DNA of 64,000 nt from Mobula hypostoma (GCF_963921235.1 NC_086109.1:5396001-5460000), one strand, 5' to 3'; counted from the first letter of the stretch, positions 25,300-37,931 are shown. The notes: a model not told the origin generated them from the sequence alone. Translations and numbers: made by a program.

Positions 25300-26660
25300 G
25301 ATAAGTGGGTGTCTTACAGAGAGCGGGTGTTAACTGCCTGGGACAAGCAATATACCAGACTGAAGTGAGGGAGAGGGTTGCAGAAGAATCTTGCCGACAA
25401 ACTCTCCCGGAGTAAGTCGGCAGCGTGTCTGCCCCCGCGGGGGAGCGGAGTGCAGGGCACCGAATCTCCGGTGGTTCCTCTCGGAAGCTGAGAGATCGAA
25501 CGCCCGAGGCCGGAACCGGGACGGGAGAGGGGTTGGGGGAGCAAAGAGTGTGACTGTTGCTTGTAAATTACAGACAGTGGGCACGAACCAGTCAACACTC
25601 CGCCCATCCACACCGCAACTACTTCCCGTCAGTCACCTTAAGTACAAACTGGCGTCACTTTATAGACATACAATTAGTCTATATAAACGATTTTATGTGT
25701 TTATATTCATTATGCATGTTTTTTTTAGTATAATTATCGTGTTCTTTATCTTTTGTGGCTTTTTTGCGCTGCATCAGATCCGGAGTAACAATTATTTCGT
25801 TCTCCTTTGCACTGGCTTACTGGAAATGACATTAAACAATCTTGCAAACACCAGGAAAACAATCTTGAATTGAATTGTCTAACATTGAACCAACCCGAGA
25901 CACACATTTACCCTCACCCCCCCCCCACTCCTCCCAACACACACAGGCACCGGCGCTTCCTGCTCCCTCCTCTACAAGACTACTCCTGGGTCCTTCCGAC
26001 ATATCCCCCCACCCAGCGGCGGTCGGCCCGTCCCCACGGCCAACCCCGCCGGGAGAAGGGGTGGGGAAGAAAAAGGGAGGAGGGAGAGAGAGAGAAAGGT
26101 GGAAATTTGATGAAAACGAGAGGCCAGAGAGAAAGAGAAATGTGAAAACGGCGACACTGTACCTCGGGTCGAACACCTATCTCCACCTTCCGTCCGCTGT
26201 TGTTCCGGGACCGGAGTCCAACTGCTCCTTCCCAGAGCCGAGAGTTCACCACGGGCACGTTCGCTTGCCCTGTCTTCCCTTCCCTCCGCTTCACCTGTCC
26301 TGTCCTCTCCTCTCTCTCCCTCGGCAGTCTGTCCTTTCTGTCCCGGCGGACGCCCCCCTTTGCCGAGCGGCCGGTTTCGGTTACCCAGGTGCGATCGCTG
26401 ACTCACCGGTCACATGAGCCACGCACTCCCCTGATCTACCTGTTGGGTTTCGACGAGAGTGCGTCTCTGAGTCACGCCGGTGGTTCGGCGGAGGGCTGCG
26501 AGCAGACTGGGGGAATCCCTGCTCCCTGTTATAACACGCTCCCCTGGGAATGGGATCTGTGTTCAAAATGTGGAACGGCCCGGCTCCGTCACAGTTTGCT
26601 TCCGTCGGAGTCGTGAATGGTCGAGACTCTTGTCCTCAAAGACCGGCGGAGTCAAAGTCC
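25300..26660 (-). promoter_or_regulatory. CpG-rich region, probable IRF6 promoter and non-coding 5' exon(s)
   Basis: High CpG density in largely non-repetitive sequence. Minus-strand donors CCG|GTGAGT (26401-26406) and TCT|GTAAGA (25312-25317). AP-1 heptamers TGACTCA (26399-26405) and TGAGTCA (26468-26474), and a GC box near 25600. IRF6 is known to have non-coding 5' exons in mammals. The assignment to IRF6 is inference. Confidence 0.55.
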
Positions 26661-26850
26661 CTGAGTACAGTATTTACACAGAACCGTGCAGAAATATACT
26701 TCTCCAGGCAACATTTGAGACAAATAAGTACATGGCTGAGGGTGGACGGCTATGGTGGATGGGATTGATCGGATTAGTAGTTGGGCACGCGCTAGATGGG
26801 CCGAATGACCTGTTCTGATACACATTTTAATTCCACATCCCATTCCCATT

Positions 26851-26940
26851 CATAGTCATAGTCTTACTTTATTGATTCCGGGGGAACCGGTTTTCGTTAC
26901 AGTTGCACCATAAATAATAAATAGTAATAGAACCATAAAT
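26851..26940 (-). mobile_element. Rex1/Babar-like extreme 3' end
   Basis: CATAGTCATAGTCTTACTTTATTGAT...GTTGCACCATAAATAATAAATAG matches the tail of the copies above. Confidence 0.8.
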
Positions 26941-27357
26941 CTATCCACGGCCTCCTCTACTGTAAAGATGAAGCCACACTCAGGTTGGATGAACAACACC
27001 TTATATTCCGTCTGGGTAGCCTCCAACCTGATGGCATGAACATTGACTTCTCTAACTTCCGCTAATGCCCCACCTCCCCCTCGTACCCCATCTGTTATTT
27101 ATTTTTATACACACATTCTTTCTCTCACTCTCCTTTTTCTCCCTCTGTCCCTCTCACTATATCCCTTGCCCATCCTCTGGGTTTCCCCCCTCCCACTTTT
27201 CTTTCTCCCTGGGCCTCCTGTCCCATGATCCTCTCATATCCCTTTTGCCAATCACCTGTCCAGCTCTTGGCTCCATCCCTCCCCCTCCAGTCTTCTCCTA
27301 TCATTTTGAATCTCCCCCTCCCCCTCCCACTTTCAAACCTCTTACTAGCTCTTCCTT

Positions 27358-27399
27358 CAGTTAGTCCTGAGGAAGGGTCTCAGCTTGAAACGTCGACTG
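27358..27399 (+). ncRNA. Minimal type I hammerhead ribozyme motif (variant)
   Basis: AGTC-CTGAGGA-AGG(GTCTCAG)CTT-GAAA-C-GTC-GACT. The core is retained and stem II has a G-U pair. Confidence 0.65.
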
Positions 27400-28099
27400 T
27401 ACCTCTTCCTAGAGATGCTGCCTGGCCTGCTGCATTCACCAGCAACTTTGATGTGTGTTGCTTGAATTTCTTGTGTTTGTGTTTCAGTAGTGTAGTGTTC
27501 TTTGACTCTTAACAGTACGGACTTTTCGGCTCTCGATGATGCACCGAGCTTATAAACTACTCCATCTTCAAACTAGTCCATCCCTCGCACAGCCCTCCAT
27601 TTCTCTGTCATGTGTTCCTCTCGAAGAGTCTCTCGCTTCCCTAATGTATCTGCTTCTAACGCAACCGCTGGCGGGTAAAACAGTAACAATACAGAATGAA
27701 GTGTTACAGCTCCAGGGAAGGAGCATTGCAGGTCGACAATAAAGGGCAAGATCATAATGAGGTAGATTGTCAAGTTAATAGTCCGTACTTGGGGACCGTT
27801 GAATAGTCTTAAAACAGGGGCTAGAAGCTGTCCTTGAGTTCAGTGATATGTACCTTCTGCTCAGTGGGAGAGGGGAGAAGAGAATCTCTGGGCTGGTGGG
27901 ATCTTTGATTATGCTGGCTGCTTTACTGTTGCGGCGAGAGTTATAGGCAGAGTCATGGAGGGGCTCCATTTGACAGCACCACAGCCTCTGGCAAGCTGTT
28001 CCTGATATCAATTACTCTCTGTAAATTAAATACCTTTCATGCTCCCTTTAGAACCTCGTCCTCTCACATCAAACCTATGCCCTCTTGTTTCAGGACCCA

Positions 28100-28440
28100 T
28101 AATATGGTGGCAGGATGGAGATACGTCTCTACCAAAGAAGGTGTAAGGCATTCCGTCCATCTGCTACCCTGCAGGTCACCCTCGGGCAAGGTGTAGCATC
28201 TGCTCAGCCCCCGATCAGGGCCGTGTGAAGCCATGGGATCAGGTAGTGGATGGTCGTATGAGCAGCCGATGCAGATCACAAATCCTGGTTATGTGACCAC
28301 TGATAGCAGGCAGACAATCTCTGAAGAGTATTGATAATGGCTGGGGTCACCCGTCTTGTAAAGACACTGCCCAGAACAAGGCAATGGACAACGACTTCTG
28401 TAGAAAAATTTGCCAAGAACAATCGTGGTCATGAGACCAT
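28100..28440 (+). mobile_element. Non-coding interspersed repeat with an RTE-type (Bov-A/Sauria-SINE-like) 3' block; other copies at 8490-8697 (+), 33297-33570 (-) and 56748-57122 (-)
   Basis: Four mutually similar copies share GACACTGCCCAGAAGAAGGCAATGGCAAACCACTTCTG...TTGCCAAGAAC. Confidence 0.7.
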
Positions 28441-30981
28441 GAATATGGGGAACAGATTTTGACTTGCGTATCCTGCATTCCACAAACCCACCACTCTCTC
28501 TGTAAATCTGCAGCAAAATTCAATCATTTACACATTCCACAAATTCCTCTACTATACACTTGCCAGTTTGGTTTGTCCAATCAATAAGGAGTTTTAAATT
28601 TCCCGTGGTAGTTGCAATTCTCAGAATTAGAATCAGATTTACTATCACTGACATTTGTCATGAAGTTTGTTGCGTTGTGGTAGGACAGTGTAAGGCATAA
28701 AGATCACTAAGTTACAATAAAAAATGAATAATACAAAACAGGATGAGTGAGGGAGTGTTCATGGGTTCATGGGCCATTCAGACACCTGAGGGCAGAGGGG
28801 ATGAAGCGGTTCCTACAATGCTGAGTGTGGGTCTTCGGACCCCTATACCTCCTCCCCAATGGTAGCAATGCTAAGAGGGCATCTCCTGGACGGTGAGAGT
28901 CGTTCATGATGGGTGCTGCCTTCTTGAGACACCACCTGTTGACCATGCCGTCAACGGCGGGGAAGGTTGTATCTGTGATGGAGTTGGCTGAATTCACAAC
29001 CTTCTTCAGCCTCTTGTGCTCCCGCACATTGGAGCCTTCCCACCGTGTGGTGATGCAACCGGTCAGTATGTTTTGTATCGAACTGCTGCTGCTAAGTTAA
29101 CAAATTTCATGACACATGCCGGTGATAATGAACCTGATTCTGATTCTCCACAGTACATTTGTAGAAATTTGCTAGAATCTTCGGTGACATAGCAAACTTT
29201 TCCAACATGTCCTTTATATTTCCCCACCGTTCTCTGACCCAAGTAGAGGTCATATCCTGCGATTCTATTGATCATTCTCACTGTGACTTCCCCTGCTTTT
29301 CCTGATTTCAGACCAAGCCAAACCCATATCACAACCCACTGCCTTCGTATCGTGGTGCTTTCAATGATTAACAATGCCACTGGGTCAAGTCTGGAAAGAG
29401 AAAACATTGGAAATCTCAAATGAAAAGCAGGAAATACTGAAAACTCAACGGGTTAAGCTGCATCAGAGCCAAAGGTTCAGGTCGAAGCCCTTTGGTCAGG
29501 CATAAGGTTTCTCTTATGAGAAAAGTGACTCGATCTGTACATCCTGTTCTGATATGTCCACCTTCACATCTTCTCTCATCCTTGTGAATCTTCTCAATAC
29601 TCTCTCCTTTTACAATATAAAGACCTGAAGCTTAGACAAAACTTCTAAAGTGGTCTTACCAAACTTCAAAGCAGCTTTAACAAAATTTCCCTACTTTTTA
29701 GTTCTGTCCATCCCAAGATAACGTCCTGTGTTTGGTTCATTTTCTTGGCAGACTTGCTAATATGCATCCATCCATCCCACTCCGAGACCTACGACATCCA
29801 TGTAACAAGGGACCTTCCTATTCTCAACACAGAAACTTACAGCGTCATGTGAAATTGAGTTCAACCCCAATGGCCATTTATTTTTGCCAGTTCTGTATAA
29901 CGTGCTCCTGTAAATTAATGCAATTCTTCTCCGTGCTGACCATTTTATCCCTTCCATCTCCCACCCCAAATTGGTACCATCTGCAAGTCTAGAGAATGTG
30001 TCCAGGGCTGTCCAGCTGACTTATGGACACCTCATACGTAAGAAGAGTCACAGCAAGGAACTAAATGAGGCTATTTGTTACACCACCAGTGAAACATTTA
30101 TTGGTATTGGAATTGGTTTGATATTGTCAGATGTGCTGAGATACAATGAAAAACTTGTCTTGCATACTGTTCATACAGATCAGATCATTACTCAGTGCGT
30201 TGAGGTAGAACATGGTAAAACAATAACAGAATGCAGAATAAAGTGTTACAGTCACAGAGAAGATGCAGTGTGGGCAGACAGTAAAGTGCAAAGGCCACAA
30301 TGAGGTAGATTGTGAGGTTAAAAACCCATTTTAGCACACAGGAGGCCTGTTCAAGAATCTGATTCCTATCCTGAAGACATTTAAATCTCTAACGGGATTT
30401 CAGTGAGACTCTTTCTCCCTGCTCTCCCTTGATCACTGCTGTTCTCCAACTCTTTGACCATGACTCAAACTTCCAGTAATTTCTCCACTCTCCATCTTCT
30501 CTCGTTTTCCATTCCCCATTCTTGCTCCCCTCTTACATCTTCTCTTCTCCTTAGCTGCCCATCACCTCCCTCTGGTTCCCCTCCTCCTTCCCTTTCTCCC
30601 ACGGTCCAATCTCCTCTCCTATCAGGTTCCTTCTTCTTCAGCCCTTTGCCTCTTCCACCTATCACCTCCCAGCTTCTCAATTCATCCCCCTCCCACAGAC
30701 ACCCACTTCCCCCTCACCTGGCTTCACCGATGTTGAGGTGGACTCCAGATCGTGGTCTCTGGGGGCTTGCATGGTGGGTGGGGGGGGCAGGGGAGCTGAT
30801 GTTTTTAGTGGGGGGAGAGGAGGGAGAGAGCTGATGCTTTCGCTGTTGGCTGTGTGTGTGAGTGGGAGAGGGAGGAAGGGCTTTGGGGTTCTAATGTTTT
30901 TCTGTCATTCATTCTTTGGAAAGGGTTTCTCTTTGTTTCGTGGATGTCTGTGAAGAGTAAGGATTTCAGGTTGTATTTAAA

Positions 30982-31228
30982 AACGCAAACATGAGGGATT
31001 CTGCAGATGCTGGAAATTCAAGCAACACACATCAAAGTTGCTGGTGAACGCAGCAGGTCAGGCAGCATCTCTAGGAAGAGGTACAGTCGACGTTTCAGGC
31101 CGGGACCCTTCGTCAGGCCGGGTCCCGACGAATCCCTTCGTCCTGACGAAGGGTCCCAGCCTGAAACATCAACTGTACCTCTTTCTAGAGATGCTGCCTG
31201 ACCTGTTGCGTTCACCAGCAACTTTGAT
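30982..31228. mobile_element. Palindromic short derivative of the Penelope-like terminal region
   Basis: Inverted arms 31031-31117 and 31142-31228, each containing CTGACGA...GAAA. Confidence 0.8.
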
Positions 31229-32484
31229 TTCAGGTTGTATACCTCATACATTCTCTGATGTTAAATTGAAATTGAACCATTGAGTTTGTACGTTCTCCCC
31301 ATGACCACGTGGGTTTCCTCCGGGTGCTCCGGTTTCCTCCCACAGTCCAAAGACGTATCGGTTGGTAGGTTAACTGGTCATTGTAAATTGTCCTGTAATT
31401 AAGATTAAATCAGGAGTTGCTAGGTGGCGCAGCTCGAAATGCTGAAAGAGCCTCTTCTGGTCTGTATCTCAATAAAATAGAGTCCTTGAAAGTGAGTCCG
31501 TAGGTTGTGGAATCAGTTCCGTGTTGGGGGTGAGTGAAGTTATTCCCTTTGGTTCAAGAGCCTGATGGTCAAGGGGTAGTCACTGTTCCTGAACCTGGTG
31601 GTGCAGGTCCTGAGGCTCCTGCACCTTCTTCCTGATGGCAGCAGCGAGACAACAGCATGGCCTGATGATGGACACTGCCTTCCTGTGGCAGCGCTCCGTA
31701 CAGACGTGCTCAGACGGGTAGGTGGAGAACTGCGCTAGGCGTTAGGAAGGGACCTTGGATGGAGCTGTGAGTGACAGATGGTGTAAGTAATGAAAGTAGA
31801 CCCGTATGTGCTGGTGGGTGAAAATGACAAACGTTAACGTTCATGTCGATTGGGACAAGCTGGAAGTTAGTGGTAACTGGTTAGTGTTCTGTACACTAGA
31901 AAATGCCAGAAGACTCACATGTAACTGCAAAGCTAAATCTCTTTCTCACTCTGACACTGATAACACTCTATGAAAATCCCTGATCTTCTTATTGCTGATT
32001 ATTATGACAGTAATCATTGTGCAGAACAGAAAACTAATACCGAGTTGGGTTCAGTTCCTCCATTTGTGTGCGTTGCTCTGGATTTCCAGCATCTGCAGAA
32101 TCTCTTGTGTTTGGAACTAATAATCCGCTTAAGACACAACCACTGTCTTAAGACAAAATGTAAATTCTTGAAAAAGGGGGAAAAAATGAAAGGTCCAGAT
32201 AGAGTGGACCTGAGAGGGTGTTTCCTATAGTGGGGTAGTCTCAGACCAGAGGGCACAGCCTCAGAATAGAGGGACATCCCTTTAGAACCGAGATGAGGAG
32301 GAATTTCTTTAGCCAGAGGGTGGTGAATCTGTGGATTTCATTGCCACAGACAGCAGTGGAGGCCAAGTCATTGGGTATATTTAGAGAAGAGGTTGATAAG
32401 TTCTTGATTAGTAAGGGTTATCAAAGATTGCGGAGAGAAGGCAGGAGAATAAGATTGAGAGATAAAATAATCAGCAATGATGGA

Positions 32485-32980
32485 ATGTTTGCTGTTGTGT
32501 GCTGGGGCAGCAGGCTGAGGGTAGCAGACACCAACAGAATCAACAAACTCATTCGTAAGGCCGGTGATGTTGTGGGGATGGAACTGGACTCTCTCACGGT
32601 GGTGTCTGAAAAGAGGATGCTGTCTAAGTTGCATGCCATCTTGGTCAATGTCTCCCATCCACTACATAATGTACTGGGTGGGCACAGGAGTACATTCAGC
32701 CAGAGACTCATTCCTCCGAGATGCAACACAGAGCGTCATAGGAAGTCATTCCTGCCTGTGGCCATCAAACTTTACAACTCCTCCTTTGGAGGGTCAGACA
32801 CCCTGAGCCAATAGTCTGGTCCTGGACTTATTTCATAATTTACTGGCATAATTTACATATTACTATTTAACTATTTATGGTTCTATTACTATTTATTATT
32901 TATGGTGCAACTGTAACGAAAACCAATTTCCCCCAGGATCAATAAAGTATGATATGACTATGACTATGACTATGACTATG
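32485..32980 (+). mobile_element. Rex1/Babar-like 3' fragment
   Basis: MFAVVCWGSRLRVAD...SDTLSQ* followed by a (TATGAC)n tail, nested in a CR1 3' end. Confidence 0.88.
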
Positions 32981-33642
32981 GTGGAGCAGAGTCGATTAGC
33001 CACATGGCCTAATTCTGCTCCTATCTCTTGTTGTCTTATGGTCTAAAAATACCTTCAGTACTTGTAGTCATATGATGCAGGGCTTTGTCAGTGCTTACAC
33101 TGATCTGATGGTGTTCCATTCTGTGCCAGAATCAGGATCAGGTATGTTGTCAGTGTCACATATGACATAAAGTGTAACGTTTTCGAACTTCAAACTTCAT
33201 GGACAAGCATACAGCAGCAGTACAGTGAAAGACTTTAAAATTTATTTTGATATATTAAAAAGTACAGTGCAAAGAATTAAATAACAAAATCGTTAGTTTG
33301 TTATGTGCCATGTCGTATGACATGGGTGATTATGGTCTTCCCATGACCATGATTGCTCTTGACAAATTTTTCTGCAGAAGTGGTTGGCCATTGTCTTGTT
33401 CTGGGCAGTGTCTTTACAAGACGGGTGACCCCAGTCATTATCAATACTCTTCAGAGATTGTCTGCATAACCAGGACTTGTGATCTGCATCGGCTGCTCAT
33501 ACGACCATCCACCACCTGATCCCATGGCTTCATATGACCCTGATCAGGGGCTAAGCAGGTGCTACACCTTGAAAATAAACTTGACTTTGACTTTGAGTTA
33601 ACATGAAGAAGCAATTTCATTTTGCCTTGGTGCACATGACTA

Positions 33643-33653
33643 TAAGCTAATCC
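33643..33653 (+). promoter_or_regulatory. Overlapping K50 homeodomain (CRX/OTX2-type) sites TAAGCT/TAATCC upstream of GUCA1B
   Basis: TAAGCTAATCC lies about 400 bp upstream of the GUCA1B ATG in non-repetitive sequence. TAATCC is the canonical CRX site in photoreceptor gene promoters. Confidence 0.5.
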
Positions 33654-34049
33654 GAGGCTGAAGAGATATTCTGGTTCAAGGTTGGCAGGTGTGCGGATAG
33701 GTTACCGAAAAGCTCCTAATAAACTTAGCACAGGTTAAGCAGGTATTTGAGGAGATCTGACACCTCGAATTAGCAAGAACCACGAGCTGCTGTCCGCTAA
33801 TAGTCCAGGGTGGCTGGTGGGTCTGGCACTGGAGACTGGGCAGGGCTCCCTGGCAACAGCATCCCAGCAGAGGGAGAGCCGCTATCCTCACTGTAACCAG
33901 GGGCAGGAAGGGACCGAGCAACTCGAGGGCTGAGGACGTCCAAGCAGAGGCAGGGGCTGGAGCCAGGGCTGTTTCCCGCCTCTGTCCTCTGTCAGACGGG
34001 CTACTTGTAGTTGGGGTACCCTTTGCACCCTCTCCCACCCCCCAACGCC

Positions 34050-34247
34050 ATGGGACAGGCGGAGAGCGCCGGAAGCGAAGGGGAAATCGGTGTGGCAGAG
34101 CTCCAGAACTGGTATAAGAAGTTTGTCACCGAGTGCCCCAGTGGGACGCTCTTCTTTCACGAGTTCAAGCGCTTTTTTGGTGTCCTGGACAACGACGAGG
34201 CGGCGGAATACATCGAGAATATGTTCCGGGCGTTCGACAAGAACGGG
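34050..34247 (+). CDS. GUCA1B: Guanylyl cyclase-activating protein 2 (GCAP2), exon 1
   Basis: [66 protein letters not shown]. Has an MGxxxS myristoylation motif, the non-Ca-binding EF1 (CPSG), Kozak GCCATGG and donor GGG|GTGAGT. Confidence 0.96.
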
Positions 34248-36169
34248 GTGAGTTCATTCTCGGTTGGTCCGGAGGGGACGGGCTGCAGATCTCAGGGCGA
34301 GGCAGGGAACTTGTGTGTGGTAAGGACGCTCAGTCGTGGTGTCCAATTCAGATTCGGATTTGGATTTGGATTCAGATTTATTTATCACACGTACGCCAAA
34401 ACATACAGTGAAATGTGTTGTTTGAGTTAACAACCAGCACAGCCAAGGATGAGCTGGGGGCGGCCCACAAGGGTCTCCACACACTCTGGCACCAATATCG
34501 CATGCCCACACTGTTCAGCAGAACCACAGCAACAGCAAAACAGACCCCGTTCCCACGCACTCCGAAGAGGCGGTGAAAACGAAAGAGCGGGGGCAAGAAC
34601 GCAGTCACGCTACAGTGAGTTCTGATGAAGGGTCTCAGCCCCCAACCGTCAAAAAATCTGTGCCCTCACCAAAAAGTAGTAAAACTCAGCAGGTCAGACA
34701 GCGTCTGTCGTGGGGAATAAACAGTCAACATTGCTGGCCAAGACCCTTCATTAAGACTGGAAAGGAAGGGGGAAGAAGCCGTACGAGGCGTACACGTTGG
34801 CAGGTGATAGGTGAAGTCAGGTGAGGGGGGAGGTGGGTGGGTGGGGGTCGAGTAAGGAGGGGTCTTGGCCCAAAACATACCTATCACTATTTGTAGATGG
34901 CAGGAAGACAAGAGGAGAGTCACTCACACCCAACCTTATGCGGCTGATACAGCAAGCTTCTGGTCACTGGAGACCCCAGGAGGCTGTTGGTGGGGGAGCT
35001 CGGTTATGTGAATGCCATCAAATCTGGTCTAGATATCTAAAAACACAAGAGATTCTGCAGATGCTGGAAATCCGGAGAAACGCATACAAGGGACATCCCG
35101 CCAGTGCCTGTAAGGAATTTGTACGTTTTCCCTGTGACTGCACGGTTTTCTTTCAGCTGCTCCGGTTTCCTCCCACAATCCGGTTGGTAGTTTAGTTGGT
35201 CATTGTGAATTGTCCTGTGATTAGGCTGGGTTTAAATCGGGAGTCGCAGGGTAGCACGGCTCTAATTGACAGAAGGCTCTGTTCTGCGTTGTATCTCAAT
35301 CAAATAAAAACATGCTGGAGGAACTCAGCAGGTCAGGCAGCATCTGTGGAGAGGAATAAACAGATGACTTTTCAGGCCAAGACCCTCACCATTCCTGGCT
35401 GAAGACGCTGACTATTTATTCGTCTCCATGGATAACTGGAGTTGTTCTTTTATGAGGTTGGTCATTGCCGGACTCTGCTGTGGCATTAATGTTATCTGTG
35501 CAGTATCTGCCCATACCTCACCATTGTCTTGCGTGAGCAGACATAGACAATGTCATTGTGAGTAGAGCCGGATATCAAGCTTCATAAAACCCTCAGTGAA
35601 AGAATCAGCAGGTCAGGCAGTACCTCTGCAGGGGGATGAATAGTTGGTGTGGGCTTCAGTCCAAAAGATCGACTCTTCACTCTGTTCCATTGATGCTGAC
35701 GAACCTGTGAGGTCCTCCAGCATTTCGTGTGTGTTGCGCTGGATTTTCCGCATCTGCAGGATCTGTTGTGTTTATGTAAAAGAGGAATTGGCCTTCAGGC
35801 AAAACAATTAAAGCAGTGAGCAACTGTCCAAACATGTTACTCCGAATTCCATTCTGATGCGTTCCCTGTTGGGAGTTTTTGGCAGCTGACACCATGGCAC
35901 CTCCATTCATCAGAGGAGATACTCATTTAGATATAGCCCTTTGAGCTACGCCTCCCAGCAATCCCCTGATTTATCCCGAGTTTACAATGATTGATTAACC
36001 TGCTGAGGGAGGAACCCAGAGCACCAGGAAAACACCCATGCGTTCACGGGGAGAACAAACAAACTCCTTACAGGCAGCAGTGGGAATTGAACCCTGGTCG
36101 CTGGTACTCTAAAGCGTTGTGCGCTACTGTGCCACATGAGACATAAAACAGAACAATAAAACTCAATCG

Positions 36170-36770
36170 TGGGATTGAGTTTAAGAGTCAAGAGGGAATG
36201 TTGCAGCTATATAGGACCATGGTCAGACCCCACTTGGAGTACTGTGCTCAGTTCTGGTCACCTCACTACAGGAAGGATGTGGAACCCATAGAAAGGGTGC
36301 AGAGGAGATTTACAAGGATGTTGCCTGGATTGGGGAGCATGCCTTATGAGAATAGGTTGAGTGAACTCGGCCTTTTCTCCTAGGAGCGACAGGGGATGAG
36401 AGGTGATTTGTACAAGATAATGAGGTATTGATCGTGTGGATAGTCAGAGGCTTTTCTCCAAGGCTGAAATGGTTAGCATGAGAGGACATAGCCTTAAGGT
36501 GCTTGGAAGTAGGTACAGAGGAGATGTCAGGGGTAAGTTTTTTATGCAGAGAGTGGTGAGTGCGTGGAATGGGCTGCTGGCGGCGGTGGTGGAGGAGGTG
36601 GAAACGATAGGGTCTTTTAAGAGACTGCTGGATGGATACATGGAGCTTAGAAGAATGGAGGGCTATGGGTAAAGCCTAGGTGGTTCTAAGGTAAGGACAT
36701 GTTCGGCACAGCTTTGTGTGCCGAAGGGCCTGTATTGTGCTGTAGGTTTTCTATGTTTCTGTGTTTCTAA
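36170..36770 (+). mobile_element. CR1 3' fragment (GUCA1B intron 1)
   Basis: MLQLYRTMVRPHLEYCAQFWSP...FFMQRVVSAWN with a (TTTCTATG)-type tail. Confidence 0.85.
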
Positions 36771-37781
36771 AAGTTTGTCTCAGAGCAGAGGACCAAAAGT
36801 GTCAGAGCAGGACGTCCCTTTACAACAGAGATGAGGTGGAATTTCTTTAGAACCTCGAACATACTGTAGAATATATAGTAGTACAGGTTTTTCTAACCTC
36901 TTAAACTACTCCGTGATCAATCAAACCCTTCCTTCCCACATAACCCCCAATTTTCCTTTCACCCATTTGCCTATCGAAGGCTCTCTTAAACGTTCCTAAT
37001 GTACCTGCCTCTGCCACCGCCCCAGGCAGCGTGTTCCACGCACCCACCACTCTCTGTGTGAAAAAACGTACCTCTAGCGTCCCCCCTATACTTTCCTCCA
37101 ATCACCTTGAACCGTAAGGTAGATGGTTAGGATCCTATTCCCAGGATTATGAAGGGAATGGGGAGAAATGGATGATCCATTAAAGAAAATTATTTAGTAT
37201 CAATTCTATCTAGACCTTTCAATATTTGATATGTTTCAATGAGATGCCCCATCGTTCTTCTAACCTGCAAGTAGAGGTCCAGCACCATCAAATGCTCCTT
37301 GTGCGTTAAATCTTGCTTTCCTGGAATCTCCTCCAGACCCTGTCCATTGTGTATTTAATATTCCAGTTATGTTTGAGTAATCTTGTATTGAATTTGTTGA
37401 TTAAATACAAATTGTTTGCTTAACTAATTCATTATAGGTTATTTGTAAAAATACGTGAATTGCATACGTCATCGCACTACCACATGATGTGTGCACGGCT
37501 CACTTAGGGCAAAGACAAACTAGACCTGCATTTCCAGATTCTCGTGTGTTTTCTTGAATTAATATAATGTTTTGAAGTTATAAAACATAACACTCTCCAA
37601 TACCAGTACATCCTTTTTTAGATAAAGGGCCCAAAACTGCTCACAATGCTCCAAGTTTTGTCTGATCAAAGCCTTACAACTCCCTCTTTAGACTAAAATC
37701 TAGGGAAGCAGGATAGAATTGAGGGAGTGCTGAACTTTCAGGTGTGTTATTGAGATTTCAAATCATCTTAATTTCCTCCAG

Positions 37782-37931
37782 GACAACACCATTGATTTCC
37801 TGGAGTATGTTGCGGCCCTCAATCTGGTTCTAAGGGGTAACCTTGAGCACAAACTGAAGTGGACTTTCAAAGTTTACGACAAAGATGGGAATGGATGCAT
37901 TGACAAGGCAGAGCTGCTGGAGATCGTGGAG
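37782..37931 (+). CDS. GUCA1B: GCAP2 exon 2 (EF2 C-half, EF3)
   Basis: Acceptor TTTCCTCCAG, then [50 protein letters not shown], then donor GAG|GTCTGT. Absent from the ORF track and read directly from the sequence. Confidence 0.95.

Larger units (their letters stand above)
26820..27470 (+). mobile_element. Short 3' fragment of the Penelope-like family, interrupted by a Rex1/Babar tail
   Basis: Matches 47208-47780 (CACATTTTAATTCCACATCCC...GATGCTGCCTGGCCTGCTGC), with an inverted ~90-bp insertion at 26851-26940. Confidence 0.88.

Noticed and set aside
32293..32814. 173-aa chimeric ORF as a novel gene
   Set aside because: It is a fortuitous in-frame junction of a CR1 3' end and a Rex1/Babar fragment.
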